Origin: Paraspadella gotoi | Taxonomy: Eukaryota > Animalia > Chaetognatha | NCBI GenBank assembly: GCA_051294375.1 | Contig: CM119269.1 | Span: 21,065,665-21,129,664, forward strand | Direction: 5' to 3' | DNA length: 64,000 nt | Shown here: in pieces, positions 26,180 through 40,953 of the stretch | Numbering within the stretch: position 1 is the stretch's first letter | Layout: each line of letters starts with the position of its first letter | Notes under the pieces: generated by a model | What the model saw: only the letters and a program-made list of their open reading frames with translations | Told to the model about the DNA's origin: nothing | Database searches by the model: none | Program-made: the position numbers and the translations under genes

Positions 26180-26761
26180 TTAAGGCGGGCCAAAATTTAA
26201 CATTTTTTTAAAATATGAAAAAGTCTTTGGTCCTTTTACAACCAAATTGACTTATGATGTTAGATTTTGATTAAATTAATTTTCCTCATGCATGGAAGCA
26301 TTTAAATATTTAACAATATATAAGAAATACTTAAAAAATTTTTAAAGAAATTTAAATTTTTAAAAATTTATTCTGATAAAGATTAAAAAGCTAAATAAAG
26401 TTTAGTACTACAAATTTCAAAAAATTTAATGATAAATGGGCTAAAATTTAAAAAACATTTTCATCATTCATTAAATTTTATAGTTTTTGTTAATTTTTAT
26501 AGATAAATCATAAAAATTTCAAAAAGTTGTATTAATAACCTTCATCTAACTTTTTAAGCACTATCAGAATCCACTAAAAAAATTAAAATTTATTAAAAAA
26601 AATTTTTGACATTATATAGTATTCGGATAATATAAAATAGCTTCCATGCGTTTAACTATAAGATAAATCTTAATTTTTTGGGGGATTTTCACGATCTTTA
26701 ATAAACACATTAACAATATTTATACCGGACTTCTGATAATTTGTAACCTGTTCCGCCTAAG
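26180..26761. mobile_element. Possible mariner-like MITE
   Basis: Imperfect TIRs TA|TTAAGGCGGGCCA ... TGTTCCGCCTAAG|TA around a very AT-rich interior. Confidence 0.35.
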
Positions 26762-26968
26762 TATGTATCTATCTATGGAAATGCAGATATTTTTTTGTTT
26801 CATATTTCCTCCTTTTTCTTCAGCTCTTCTGTTACCGTTATCATCATCATAATTTTTTCCGCTTCTCACCGTTATCGACATTTATTTCTCTGTCCGTTCT
26901 CCATAGTCCACTGACACTCTTCCCTTCTCACTCTCACACTATCTCTCTCTCCCTCTCCCCCCCTCTTT

Positions 26969-29900
26969 TCATTTTCTAAACTTATTCATGACGCTGCCGA
27001 TGACTCCGGTCTTCTTCCTCTTGTCCAACCTCTTGCCCCGATCCTCCTCGCCCCCTGCCGCCTCGAAGTCGACGTCGAGGTTTCCGGAGATGGCCCTCCG
27101 CACTTCCGGTCCCATGTCGTGCAGCAGACGCAGCCCGGCCTGCAGCACCTCCACGGTCTTGGATGGGGCTCCGTCTCCGGCTGCGGCGCCGGGCTCGGCC
27201 CCCTCGGCCTCGGCGGCCATCTCCTGCTTGCGCTGCTTGAAGCGGCGGAAATAGTCTTGGATGAGGAACGTGGCGTAGAACTTCCCGACGGTGACGTCGT
27301 CGTCGAGTCCAGCCGGCGGCACCACCTGGTCCAGCAATTTCGTGGGCGTGCGTTTCCAGAATCTCTTGATGACGGCGCGGAGTTCGTCGTTGGCTTCGTC
27401 GATGGTGCCTGAGGTTCGACAGTGTGTGTTGGAGGCGGATGTGGGCAAAAGTAGTTTTCAAAATTAGTTTTTGAATAATAAAATGGCACAATTTTAGGTA
27501 CTAATGACGATCTTTTCGCTTTTTAAAGAAAGTAATTATTTGAATTAGGTTTTCCATCGGAAAATTAGTTTTTTTCGGACTCGATTCGATAAACGGCGAC
27601 GGGGGCCCGGGGCCGACGCAATTTCTAAATGTAATTTTTTGATGTTCTTTTTTTTTTTTATATAATAAATTTTTTAAAAAATAATCGCCCCATTGATAGA
27701 ATCTCATTCTAAAACCGACCTTCGTTGTATATTCTCAGCGAGGTTCGACAAAGAGCAAACAACGTGGCGTTGAACATCACTGTTCCGTCTGAATTGAGCG
27801 GCATGTTCATGCTGACCAGACGCTTGCAGGCGACCCGGTGGGGACAGAGATTGCCGAATCCCAGCGGCGGAGATATGCGGCGAAGCAACGTGATCACGTC
27901 CACGTGTTTTATGCGCCCTGCGAGGAGAAAATCATTTCCGAACTAATTCCAGTTTTTTTGGCAAAACTTTAAAAAAAAAAAAGGCGAAAAAAAAATCAAT
28001 GAAAACGATATATATAAGCTGCATCACGATATAAGCCTGTCTTGCGGCGACGACAACAACAACAACGACAACAACCGTGACAATGAAACTGACATTTGAC
28101 CAAGGTCAAGTTCCTGACCTTAAATCAACCTTACCTTTACTATTGTTTAGCGTTTTCCCTTATTTCTTACCATTGTTTTGTCTTTTACCTTACCTCGTTT
28201 TTGAATGATTTCGATCATTGCATGTCTTATCCTTGTCAGATCCCAAAGTCTGTACTATGTTCGAAAAATTGAACATGCATATCTTAGATATTTTTGAACT
28301 ACGTAGGTAGATCATACCACAGTACGTATTTTATTATAAATTTCGTAATAAATTAAAATTTAAATTTTCTGCGAGACTGGTTTTCCCTCATGATTGAAAT
28401 TCTACAGGCACATCTGATCAATGGCTCCACTGCGAAACAGACCTTTGGCTTCGGGGTCGTACTCGGACCAGAGCCTGACGAACTCGTCGAGGTGGTGTGG
28501 CCCCAGGATGCTCCAGTCCCTCGTCAAGTAGTCGAAGTTGTCCATGATGACGGCGACGAAGAGATTCATGACGAGAAAGGCGCAGAGGACGTAGAAGGAA
28601 ATGAAGTAGGGGAAGGCGAAGTTTGTGCCGCAGACTTGATCGGGGCTGGGGTAGGGGGGGGGGAATGAGGAAAAGCGGGAATTAGATCGAAAAGTAGTTC
28701 GGTTTTTTTTTATTACTCGATCTTGAAATTCGACGTAAAATTTCATGAAATCATCGAACACTGAATATATTTCTATGAATATTTGAAAATTACTTGTTTC
28801 ACTATTTTTTATTTTTTTATTTTAATATTTTTATGAAGGATTTAGTGTTTAATTTATATTATTTATTCAAACATATATTGCTTTCTTTTTAAATTTTTTT
28901 TTTTTTTAATCTAATAATTCAATTTCTATATTTTCCGAAAAAAAACTATTAACCACGATGTGTTTAGGTTTTTTTACTTGAACCCGTTTCATTTTTTTTT
29001 AATATATACCTGTTATCCGATTCAGGATCACAGAGCGCGCTGTCGCTTTTCGTTGCGTCCATCATGATATTTTGCCAGGCCTCGCCAGTTGCTGACCGAA
29101 AAAGGATCATGACCGCCTACGTGATAAAAAAGAGGGAAGTGGGTGAGACAAGGGGATCGGGATGAGATAGGGATGAGATAGGGATGAGTATAGATGAAAA
29201 AGGAGAAGAAAGATGTGGGGGGAAAAGGGGAAAGAATAGAGGGGAATCAGAAGGTGGGGTATCTTCTCTTCCACCGGGGATCTGAAACGCGCGTGACTTT
29301 TGCGAGAAAAAAAATAAATTAACTTTTGAACTAAATAGATTCAAGACGCGAACGACGAAAACATTAAAATCATCCTTTCGATGATTCAATAACAGATATA
29401 TATCTCCCAGCTTCACTAATGACCATTTATGTTTGTCTTTTTCTTGTCATTTAGTTTCTTCCCTTTGAATTTTAAGAAAAATATTACTATTTTGTCTGAT
29501 AATATAATATAAAAAATCATAAAATCGTAAAGGAATACCGAGGTCGACAAGGAAATTCTATTATAAACACAAAAAAAAGGCATAACGTTTGAAATAATAC
29601 TTTTTAAAAAAAGGGGAAAAAAATTTTTCGAAAGTCGATGGGCTTAGTTCATCTCTTCTCGATTCACAGGTCGAAAAGCGATGAAAAGATCCATGAATGA
29701 AAAGTCGGATACAATTTCAGTCGAACGAGATTGATGACCTTTTTTTTCTCTTCGATTGTATGAAGCCCATTGTTTCAGCTTTTTACTTCTTATTCTCTCC
29801 CCCCCCCCTCTCATTTTTACTCGGTCGCTCGATGAAGCTTTTTCGTATCTTCGATGTGGCCGGCTCTCCGGCTGATTTCAGTCTTTTTTCAGTCGCTCGT

Positions 29901-31259
29901 GACGCGTTTATGTTTTGTTTATTTATTTCGTTAATTCTTCATTCGCCTTTTGGTTTTTTGTTTGTTTTTTTTTACTTGGATTTTGCTTTTTTTCTCTTCT
30001 TGCTCTTTTCACTACGAGAAGTAGAACCCAGTTGACATCTTCGATGTCTCTAAGGCTCTAACACACCCCGACTCACGTGCGGAAAAGTCCTGAAGTTGTT
30101 GTTTCTGTGAATAGCCCTCTCGTTGTCGTAGACGATCTTGCCGAACATCTGCATCCCGACGACGGCGTAGATGAAGAACATGAGGACCATTAGAAGAGCA
30201 ACGTAGGGCAGAGCTTGGAACGACTTGATGAAGGTCCACAGCAAAGTTCGAATGCCCTCTCCCCGACTCAAGAGTTTGATGAGGCGCATGACACGGAAAA
30301 GCCTGTAGGGGAAGAAGAAGATGATGGAATGGAGGAAGGAATGAATGATTAAATAAATAATCAATCAATCAATCAATCAGTCAATAAATCAATCAATCAA
30401 TAAATAAATCAATAAATAAAGAAATCAATAAATAATTTTTTTTAAAATCAATCAATCAATCAATCAATAAAGCTAAAAGATGCATTGCAATCTTTCGTAT
30501 AATATACACACTTTGCACAGCACATAAATTCATTCAGTTTATGAATTTGTAAACAGTCAACATAAGGACGAGGTGGGCGAGAAAAAAAAAACGAAAGTAA
30601 AGTAATAAAAGACGACAACGACGACTACGAAGATAACAACGACGACTACGACAACGGCCGCTTTGGATGACCTGAAAAAGTTGATGGAGATGACGTTGCC
30701 TCCTCCTTCTCCGCCCAACTTGCTGAAGAAGATGTCGACGAAGCTGCCGACGACGATGATGAAGTCGAAGGCGTTCCACGGATCCCCGAAGTAATTCTTG
30801 AAGCGGAAGGCGATGATCTTGAGGATCGCCTCCACGGTGAAGGCCGCCGAGAAGATGATGTTCAGCTTATCCAGCACGGACTCGTAATCCGCCGGCTGAC
30901 AGTAGAACTTGAGGGCCAGACTGATCGTGTTCAGCATGATCAGCACGAAGATGCAATACTCGAACGGACGCGAGGTCACGAACCACCAGACTTTGTACTG
31001 GCACTTGTCCTTGGGGATGTAGCGGTGGACGGGTTTGGCCTGTCGAGGTGGTATATGGTATATGTTAGCCTTATGTAGTTGGAATGAAATGAGGGAGAAA
31101 CAGAGAAAAAGAGGAAGAGAGAAATGAAGAGAGAGAAAGAAAGAAAGAAAGATAGAAAGAAGGAAAGAAAGAGAGAAAGAAGGAAGAAAGAAAGAAAGAA
31201 GGAAAGAAATATGGAAAGAAAGATGAAAAGAAAGAAAGAAAGAAAGAAAGAATGAAAAA

Positions 31260-31355
<96 letters not shown>

Positions 31356-34300
31356 CACCTACCAATAACGCGAACTCGATACACTTTCTCTGATTCTTGT
31401 CCAACTCGCAATTCTTGTATTCGTTTTCTCCCTCGTTCTGAAACGTGACGATGACGAAACCGACGAAGATGTTGACCATAAAAAAGGCGATGATGATGAT
31501 GTAGATGATGTAGAAGATGGACACGATGGGCTTGTTGTTGTAAATGGGCCCGTGATCCTCGGAAGCGGTGTCGATGGAGAGCCAGAGGAGGTCGGGCCAA
31601 CCCTCGAAGGTGGCGACGGTGAAGAGAGTCAAGAGTCCGTTGGAGACGTCGTCGAAGTTGAAAGGGTTTCGCTCCCACAGCCGATCTTCCACCACGGGGT
31701 GGCTGATGTCGCCGTCCGGGTAGGTGATGAATTGCCCTGCGGGGAGACCGAAGAAGGGTGAAATGAAAGAATCGAATTCATCTCACATCTTCGTCTTAAC
31801 TCGGTACAAGCTTCACGCCTTTTTCGTATTACCCGAATCAAAACTACCAATTGGGCCCTGCTCTGAAATCCTGATGAAACGTATTCATTAAGCATCAAAA
31901 ATGACGACGTTTAAACGCAGTTTTATCAACGCTCACCGTTGCACTCCTTGGGTGTGCTCTTGGACTGATCCGTGCAACTGAAAAACCTTCCCTTGAAAAG
32001 CTGGACCCCGATGACGGCGAACATGAATTGGAGCAGAAAGGTGACGAGCATTATGTTGCCGATCGTCTTGACGGCGACGATGGCGCACTGGACGACGCGC
32101 TTCAGGCCCTTGGCCCGGTTGATGGCGCGGAGCGGGCGTAGCACACGCAGCACCCTGATTGAGAGAGTTGAGGGAAGAGTTGAGACGATGGATTCGGGGT
32201 TTTAAGTGAATTTGTCTGTTTTTTTGTTTTTTTATTATTATTATTATTATTTTTTACAGCCGTCTCACAAATCAGATATTTTATCGTTTGGGGTTTTTAT
32301 TTGAGGTCTTGAGTTGAGCAGTTTATTTGGGGGGGGGGCGGGCAGGGGGATGGCGGGGTGCGTTTTGACATCCGAAAGTATTTGAACGTTTAAATAATTA
32401 TGAGTCGGTGATTGGAAAATCGTAAACGAGAGGGAAACGCACTAATTTTTTTTTTTGTTAAACAGAGACGCTTAAAAATTTAACTTTTTTTGTTTTTGAT
32501 TTCGATGGGCAATTTAAAGCGAAATTATACTTTGATTATTATTGCGTAATTTATAGTATTAATTAATATCGAATCTGTACATTTTTGACGAAACAAAAAT
32601 CTGACCAAAATTTTTTTTTTTCTTTTACCACCAAAATATTCAGGAAAGTGTGAGTGTTAGAGGAGGATTGTTGTGGGCGATTCTAACATGAGAAAGCGAT
32701 GAAACGCCATCTTAAATCAAACGTAAAAAAAAAATGAGGGCGTCGTACCTGAGAATTTTGACGACTGAGATGGCCTCGCTTTGAAGGCCGAAGGAAAGTA
32801 GCGAGACGCCGACGACTAGAATGTCGAGAAGATTGAAACCCGACCTCATGAAGGCCCCCTTGTGGAAGAGAAGGCCGTAGGAGATGACCTGCAAGGAGAA
32901 CGGAATCCACCGGGTTAGAAATATTGCAACTTTCGGATTGCTCTTTCGTTTTCTTCTGCTAAGATGATTTAAATAACGAGTTAAAAAAAAAACTACTCCA
33001 TCTACGAGCCGCCGGGCACTACCATAAACAACTTCTTTTTTTTTCATGGATTGGTTTAAAAAAAAAAAAAATCGCCAAAATACGGATCTAGTTTCGATCA
33101 ATCTCAATTCGTTACGGACAAAAAATACGACGTCTACTTTGTTTGTTTTTCTTCTTTCGGCGTCGCCCTTTTTGCTTTTATTCTTTTCGAGTTCGACAAC
33201 GAAAGTTTCGTTTGACGGAGAAGACTTTTTGGGCGAACATTTGACAGCGCATAATTGGGGTGAGTTCATCTCGAACTGACCTTGATGACGATTTCGACGG
33301 TGAAGATGGAGGTGAAGACGTAGTCGAAGTAGTTGAGGTAGACGTTTCTCGGAGAGTCGGCGCGGAGAGGGTCTTCGGCGGCGAGCATCCCCGAGGAGAT
33401 CATGATGCAGGCGAGGATGACGTTACCGAAGATCGAGTGAGTGCAGAAAGCGTGACAGAATTTCCTGAGTAGAGAATTGAGATCGGGAAAGGGCGAATGG
33501 TGAAGTGAAGCAAATTTTATTGTAAAAGAAAGAGAATTCTTTGTCATTGGATGATCGGGCTATTAGTTAAAAATAACTGATGGATAACTAATCCCTCAGA
33601 TCTTTAAAGATATGATATAATAATTATCTAATAGCCATTCGTTAAATTAACTTGGAACAGGATTTATTTTAATCATTAATAATCCTTAAGGTTAATTCTA
33701 GTCAATCGTCACTCTTACGAGTCTTTGAACCTTTTTAAAGATATTTTAGATTAGTAGCCATAATGTGGTATTCCTTTCATTTCGTTGTGTTTTGGTGTTT
33801 TAGCGAAAACTCTAAACTTTGTTTTCGCTAAAGATATTTTAGGAAAAAAATTCGATATTGTGACCAATTAAAGTTAGACCGCGGCAAGGTAACTTTAAAA
33901 ACAAATTAAATCAAAAATTTAATTTCAACCAATTAACGATAGACTTCCTCCAGTTCTCAGCTCACCTGAATTTGTTCTGCGGCCCGAAGATAAAGAAAGA
34001 AGATGCGTCGGGAATGGGCGGCCCTTTGTTAGGATTCTCTTCCTCGTCCTGTTTGTCCGCTTCCTCTTCCGGTTCCGGTTCCATGAATTTCCAGAAAGTG
34101 TCCTCCTCGGCGATGGTCCCGGTGATCTCGACGCTGCACTCCTCGTCGCCCGGAACGTGAGTCTCTTTCGGTTTCTTCTCCTCCTCCGGGGTCAGGGACC
34201 TTTTCTTGTCGCCCTCCTTGAAGAGGGGAACGGATTGAGGGGGGGGGAACGTTCGGGGGGGGGTGGGGGAAAGAGACGTTTGAGATCGTTGACGGAGCGA

Positions 34301-37255
34301 TCGAAGGAGTTTTCCGCAGAACTGACTCTTTCGACTTGGAGTTTTGGACCAGTTAGTTACGAAAGGAAAATATCAAGCGTTTTTTCTGGTTTACATATTT
34401 CTCTTTTATTTCTCTTTTATTTCTCTTGTATTTTGGTTACAAAGTAGCAGAGAATTTATTTGCATTAAACAACTAGTTTTTCATAATTATTTGGACATGT
34501 TTCGGTCCTTGATTCGGACCTTCGTCAGATACAAACTTGTATTTTTTAACTCAGACCTGCTCACTAACGTTTAAATAAAAGTAACCATAATTATTCATAA
34601 TGGTCATTTCGTTTTCTTTCTTCTCAAAATTACATTCGCGAGTTCATCGAGAAAGTCTTGGGATCGATCCCTTCAATAAATCCTCGTAAATCAACAACAA
34701 CAACAAAAAAAACAACAACGACGACGACCGCCTCTTCTCCTTCACGTATTACGTTTTCTTCGTTATTGTCGTCTTCTTATTCGTCGTCGTCGTCTTCGGC
34801 GTTTTAAATTTTTCGTTATTCCCATTTTAACGTCGTGTCACCCTTTAACTCTTTGTAAGAAGACAACAACATCCCTTTTTATTTCAGCCCCTAAACCCCT
34901 CTCCCTTCTAACAACGCCCCTCCGCCCCCCCCCTCCCCCCCCAAAACCCACCTTAGGCTCCTCGTCCTCGTCCGGCTCGTCGCTGAGGTTGTCGACGGCG
35001 ATGGCCAAGAAGACGTTGAGCAAGATGAAGTTGCCGCAGATGAAGAGGACGATGAAGTAGATGCAGGCGATGACGCCCGTCGTCTTGATGCCGCCGTAAG
35101 AATTGATGCCGTCGTACATGACGGCGTTCCAATCCTCGCCCGTCAGGATTTGGAAGACGGTCAGCAGAGAGATCCAAAAGTTGTCGAAGTTGCCGCGAGG
35201 CTTTTCCGAGGTTTCGTCGTAGGAAAATCGGCCGCCAAAGACCTGAAAGGGAATGGGGAACGATGGAGGAATAGTTTCGTTGGCAAACCTACGTTTTTTT
35301 AAACAAAATTACAAAAATGAATTTAATTATAAACAAAGTCAAAATTAAAGCGGGTCTAACTTAAAGAATTTGGTTTATTCCATCAGCTATGCAATGCATA
35401 TATGCGTGGAAGGGAGACCGTTCTTTTTTGATTGACAAATCTGATTACCCATCATTTTATTCGTCACAACCAAAAAACCAGAGACTGAACCCAAGTTCGT
35501 CGGGTCATGACATATCGTTATTAAGCACAATGCGCACTATCACTACCTTGATAACAGATAAACTCTGCTTCTATTTTTTTGTCTTTTCAACGACGACGAC
35601 GACAATTTAACAACGACCAAAAAAAAGTGTCTTTTACCTGCATCCCCAACAGAGCAAAGATCATCATGAAGAGGAAGAGGAGGAGCAGCAATGAAGCAAT
35701 GGATTGCATCGATCCCAGCAACGATGAAACCAACGCCCTCAACGAAGACCAGTACTTAGTGATCTTAAAGATTCGCAGCAGACGCACGCAACGCAGCACC
35801 GACATTCCCAGCGGCGGCATGAGCTCCAAATGCAGCAGCACAACCTCCAGTATCGAGCTGATCACGACGAAGCTATCGAACCGGTTGAACAACGACATAA
35901 AGTAGGCGGAGAATCCGAAGGCGTACAACTTGAGCAGACCCTCCATGGTGAAGAGAACGAGGAAGACCAGGTTGGCCATGTCCTGGAATGTGTCGAGCCA
36001 CGCCGGCTGCCCGTAGTGTTCCGACGTGAGCACGCAGGTGTTGAGGAAGACGAGGATGATGATGCCCCAGTAGAAGAGCTGCGACTTGACCAGATGACGA
36101 ATCTGTCGCTTCAGATTGCGATTGACCTTTTGCAGCTGCTTCTTTTTCTGGATGAACCAGAGGAACTTTTTCTTCTTCTGTCCTCCCTCGCCTCCTTCTC
36201 CCTCCAAATGCTCCTCTTCCTCCTTGGCCAAATCTTTCTTCTCCTTCTGCATCCGCTCCAAGTCTTTGGCGTCCGGCTCCAGATCTTCCGCGTGGGTGAT
36301 CCACTCCATGTATCCTTGGAGACTCGCCTCGATCTGTTGGCGCACCTTGGACTTTTTTGGAACTTCCGCGAGCCTTGGCCTTTTCTCCCCTTTTGGAGAA
36401 TTCTCTCCGAGAGGACGCCGAGGACGAGATTGAGACAGAAGGAGCCGATGATGATGAGGGTCACGAAGTAGATCCACGGCCAACTGCTGCCCACAGCGTC
36501 GTTCATGTAGTACCTGGGGTTGGGGAGAGAACCTACTTAGTAAGTCTTATTTTCTGAATGACTTGAAAACAGGAAAATGATAATTAAATATTGTATATAA
36601 ATATTACCAGGCAATTCTTAGTGTGGGGTTTTTTGTTTGATTTCCGGATATATTGTGAAATTAAACAAGTAAGCTACCCAGTTACAGGAAATTGATATTA
36701 AAATTCCTAATCAAATTGACCATAAGTGAGTCAAGAAAAGTCATGGGAACAGAAAGCGCAATCGTCTCTCACATGGTGTCCGTCCATCCCTCCATGGTGA
36801 CGCAGACAAAGACGGTGAGCATCGCGAGACCAAAATTGTCAAAGTTGGTGATGCCGGAATTGGGTCCGTCCCAGTATTCGTCGCAGAACTCGCCCGGTTC
36901 GCAATCGTAGCCCTGACCGCAAGGAGTTTGCGGCTCCACCTGCTCCCGACGCACGGAGATGCCGTCAGTCGCGTTGCGCCAACAGGTTTTGTGGAGCTTG
37001 CCTGGGAAAGTAGAATGTAAAAAGTTCTTTTTTGAGAGAAAGAAAATCTTGTGTTTTTAAAAAAGGTCGTAGAAAAATTACAACAAAAGTTACGTGTGAG
37101 TTTTTTAAATGTCAGAATAAAAGTCAATAAAAAACAAAAGTCACTACCATAGTAGTAGGACCAAAGTAAAAAAAAATTCGTTTTTATTGAAATTCTACGT
37201 ATATGTTGATGTACTTCTTTGGCATTCGTCCATCTTCTCTCTCTCTTCTCTCTCT

Positions 37256-37340
<85 letters not shown>

Positions 37341-38019
37341 CTCTCTCTTCTCTTCTCCTCTCTCTCTCTCTCTCTCTCTCTCTGCGTCTCTCTCACTCTC
37401 TCTCTCTCTCATCTTCCACTGTTCATCTCAACGGCCGAACGCCTCCATGCCGGTGGATGGCATAAATGATGATGACGAACATTACGAGCAGGGCGATGTG
37501 GAAGAGCGGCACCATCGCCTTCAGGATGGAGTTGAGTACCACCTGAAGGCTGGGCACTCCGGAGACCAACCGCAGCGGACGCAAGACTCGAAAGGCTCGG
37601 AGCGCCTTCACGTCGAAGCCCTTGATCTCCAGGTAGGAAAGGGCCGTGGAGACGAGACCGATGACGACGATGACGAAGTCAAGGATGTTCCAACCGTTCC
37701 TCAAGTATGCTCCGGGATGAAAGACGAAACCGTAGGCAAGGATCTTCATCGTCGACTCGAGGGTGAAGATGACGAGGAAGATGAGTTCCACGTTTTCCAG
37801 GGTCAGGTTGACCACGTTCGAATCGTTGTTGGGGTAAGGGGTGGCGATGGCGAGAGCCACGCAGTTGGCGAAAATGGTGAGGAGAATCATCCACTCGAAC
37901 GGCTTCCACTCCACGATGCGGATGCACGCCTTGCGGACGGGGTTGTTCAGGGTCAGGCACATTAGGGAACGGGGCGGCCGAAGATCGGCCGGGCCGCCCT
38001 TTCCCTTTTTGTTCGTCAT
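26969..38019 (-). CDS. Cav1: Voltage-gated calcium channel alpha1 subunit, L-type (Cav1)
   Basis: Four repeats with S4s ([51 protein letters not shown]). Pore loops TMEGW / TGEDW / TFEGW / TGEAW (EEEE). [21 protein letters not shown]; Cav1-type [22 protein letters not shown]; [21 protein letters not shown]. Approximate exons: 38019-37440, 37001-36773, 36513-35638, 35242-34952, ~34350-33966, 33464-33281, 32888-32748, 32154-31937, 31735-31363, 31039-30672, 30302-30077, 29116-29010, 28645-28443, 27917-27720, 27408-26969. ATG in GCCGCCGCCATG context. True 3' end uncertain. Confidence 0.95.
31100..31354. repeat. (AAAG)n microsatellite in a Cav1 intron
   Basis: Direct observation. Confidence 0.95.
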
Positions 38020-38798
38020 GGCGGCGGCGGCGGCGGCAGCTGCGGCGGACGTTAGTGTGGGACTTGGTCAGGGGTGGGAAGTTAAGAGTCTTAGGGGAAA
38101 TAACGCGGGTTTTTCACCCTCTGTATATGATTGGGCGAAGCAGGCACTGGAAAAGCGAAAGCTCGTAGGCACTGATTGGGTGAGACGGGCCTTTCGCCTA
38201 ATTTCTAACTCATGACGTCATATCCGCTTGGAAGGCGGCGATGGGTCCACGCCACGAGCTCATTGTTTCCCGCCGCCGTTGGATCTGAAAGAAAAAACGT
38301 TTTTTAAAAAAAAATTAATTTGACGTCGATTTATTAAAAATTTATCGGAATACAAGAGGCGAGTCGCATTGTTTGTGGACATTGGACACGGCTTTCGTCC
38401 CCGCTTCCTTAATTGCGTTGGCCCCATTACGAAGAGAAGCTTGTAAATTTTTTTTTTTAAACCGTAAAGATTTGCGTTTTTTTCAATCGATTCAGGTTAA
38501 GCACCACTACTTTTAGCACTTTCTTTAATATACATAACCTTAAAAATATATATATTTGCTACGAACGCGTCAACCAAAAAACAGCAGGCATTCGCAAATA
38601 AAAACTAATAAAGTCTTTCAGTCAATTCAGGGAACACGATGCAGTCGAAGTCTACATTTACTGTCTCAATTACTGTTGAATATGATGTCGTTTTCGATGT
38701 ACGGGTTGAACGCAAGTCGAAGGACATCCTTTCACGTTGGCGTTCAAAGCGAACTTTTTGCTCCCTTTCTCCCCTAAGAAGGGAGAGGGAGATGGAGG

Positions 38799-38909
<111 letters not shown>

Positions 38910-39370
38910 GAGAGAGAGGGGAATGTTTTTTTTCTCTCTTCGAAATCCATTTTTCAATCGCGATGTTTTATTTTTCCGTAACCCGTAACCTTATTTCTAG
39001 AGAACTGATTCATTTTTCAAATCCAATTTACGAAATTTTACGAGACTAAGATAGGATGATTATTTTATAAGTAATCTTTTAAAAATTTGGGAAAATAAGA
39101 AGTATAAAGCCTTTATTAAAGGAACGTAGAACACAAACATTTAGTCTGAAAAAGTCGCCAATATAAAAGAGAAAAATCAAGGATGAAATTCAAAGACAAA
39201 AACTGTACACGAAAGATCGAAATTTTGTCATTCTCATATATTAATTCTTTTCTTGTATCTAAAAAACTAAATTCACTTCGAGAAAAATAGTATAAAATAA
39301 TAAATGAAAGAATGAGAAAAAGAAAGAAAGAAAGAAAGAAAGAAANNNNNNNNNNNNNNNNNNNNNNNNN

Positions 39371-39413
39371 ACTCTTTGGCATTCGTCCATCTCTAAATCT
39401 CTCTCTCTCTCTG

Positions 39414-39494
<81 letters not shown>

Positions 39495-40874
39495 CTTCAA
39501 TTTCATCCTCACCCGAAAAGAGCTCCAGCCCGATGATGGCATAAATGATGATGACGAACATTACGAGCAGGGCGATGTGGAAGAGCGGCACCATCGCCTT
39601 CAGGATGGAGTTGAGTACCACCTGAAGGCTGGGCACTCCGGAGAACCAACCGCAGTGGACGCAAGACTCGAAAGGCTCGGAGCGCCTTCACGTCGAAGCC
39701 CTTGATCTCCAGGTAGGAAAGGGCCGTGGAGACGAGACCGATGACGACGATGACGAAGTCAAGGATGTTCCAACCGTTCCTCAAGTATGCTCCGGGATGA
39801 AAGACGAAACCGTAGGCAAGGATCTTCATCGTCGACTCGAGGGTGAAGATGACGAGGAAGATGAGTTCCACGTTTTCCAGGGTCAGGTTGACCACGTTCG
39901 AATCGTTGTTGGGGTAAGGGGGGCGATGGCGAGAGCCCACGCAGTTGGCGAAAATGGTGAGGAAGAATCATCCACTCGAACGGCTTCCACTCCACGATGC
40001 GGATGCACGCCTTGCGGACGGGGTTGTTCAGGTCAGGCACATTAGGGAACGGGGCGGCCGAAGATCGCCGGGCCGCCCTTTCCCTTTTTGTTCGTCATGG
40101 CGGCGGCGGCGGCGGCAGCTGCGGCGGACGTTAGTGTGGGACTTGGTCAGGGGTGGGAAGTTAAGAGTCTTAGGGGAATAACGCGGGTTTTTCACCCTCT
40201 GTATATGATTGGGCGAAGCAGGCACTGGAAAAAGCGAAGCTCGTAGGCACTGATTGGGTGAGACGGGCCTTTCGCCTAATTTCTAACTCATGACGTCATA
40301 TCCGCTTGGAAGGCGGCGATGGGTCCACGCCACGAGCTCATTGTTTCCCGCGCCGTTGGATCTGAAAGAAAAAACGTTTTTTAAAAAAAAATTAATTTGA
40401 CGTCGATTTATTAAAATTTATCGGAATACAGAGGCGAGTCGCATTGTTTGTGGACATTGGACACGGCTTTCGTCCCCGCTTCCTTAATTGCGTTGGCCCC
40501 ATTACGAAGAGAGCTTGTAAATTTTTTTTTTTAAAACCGTAAAGATTTGCGTTTTTTTCAATCGATTCAGGTTAAGCACCAACTACTTTTAGCACTTTCT
40601 TTAATATACATAACCTTAAAAATATATATATTTGCTACGAACGCGTCAACCAAAAAACAGCAGGCATTCGCAAATAAAAACTAATAAAGTCTTTTCAGTC
40701 AATTCAGGGAACACGATGCAGTCGAGTCTACATTTACTGTCTCAATTACTGTTGAATATGATGTCGTTTTCGATGTACGGGTTGAACGCAAGTCGAAGGA
40801 CATCCTTTCACGTTGGCGTTCAAAGCGAACTTTTTGCTCCCTTTCTCCCCTAAGAAGGGAGAGGGAGATGGAGG

Positions 40875-40953
<79 letters not shown>

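Noticed and set aside
26986-37965. Long plus-strand and alternate-frame ORFs overlapping Cav1 exons
   Set aside because: Expected shadows of GC-rich codon usage in real exons; no independent motifs.
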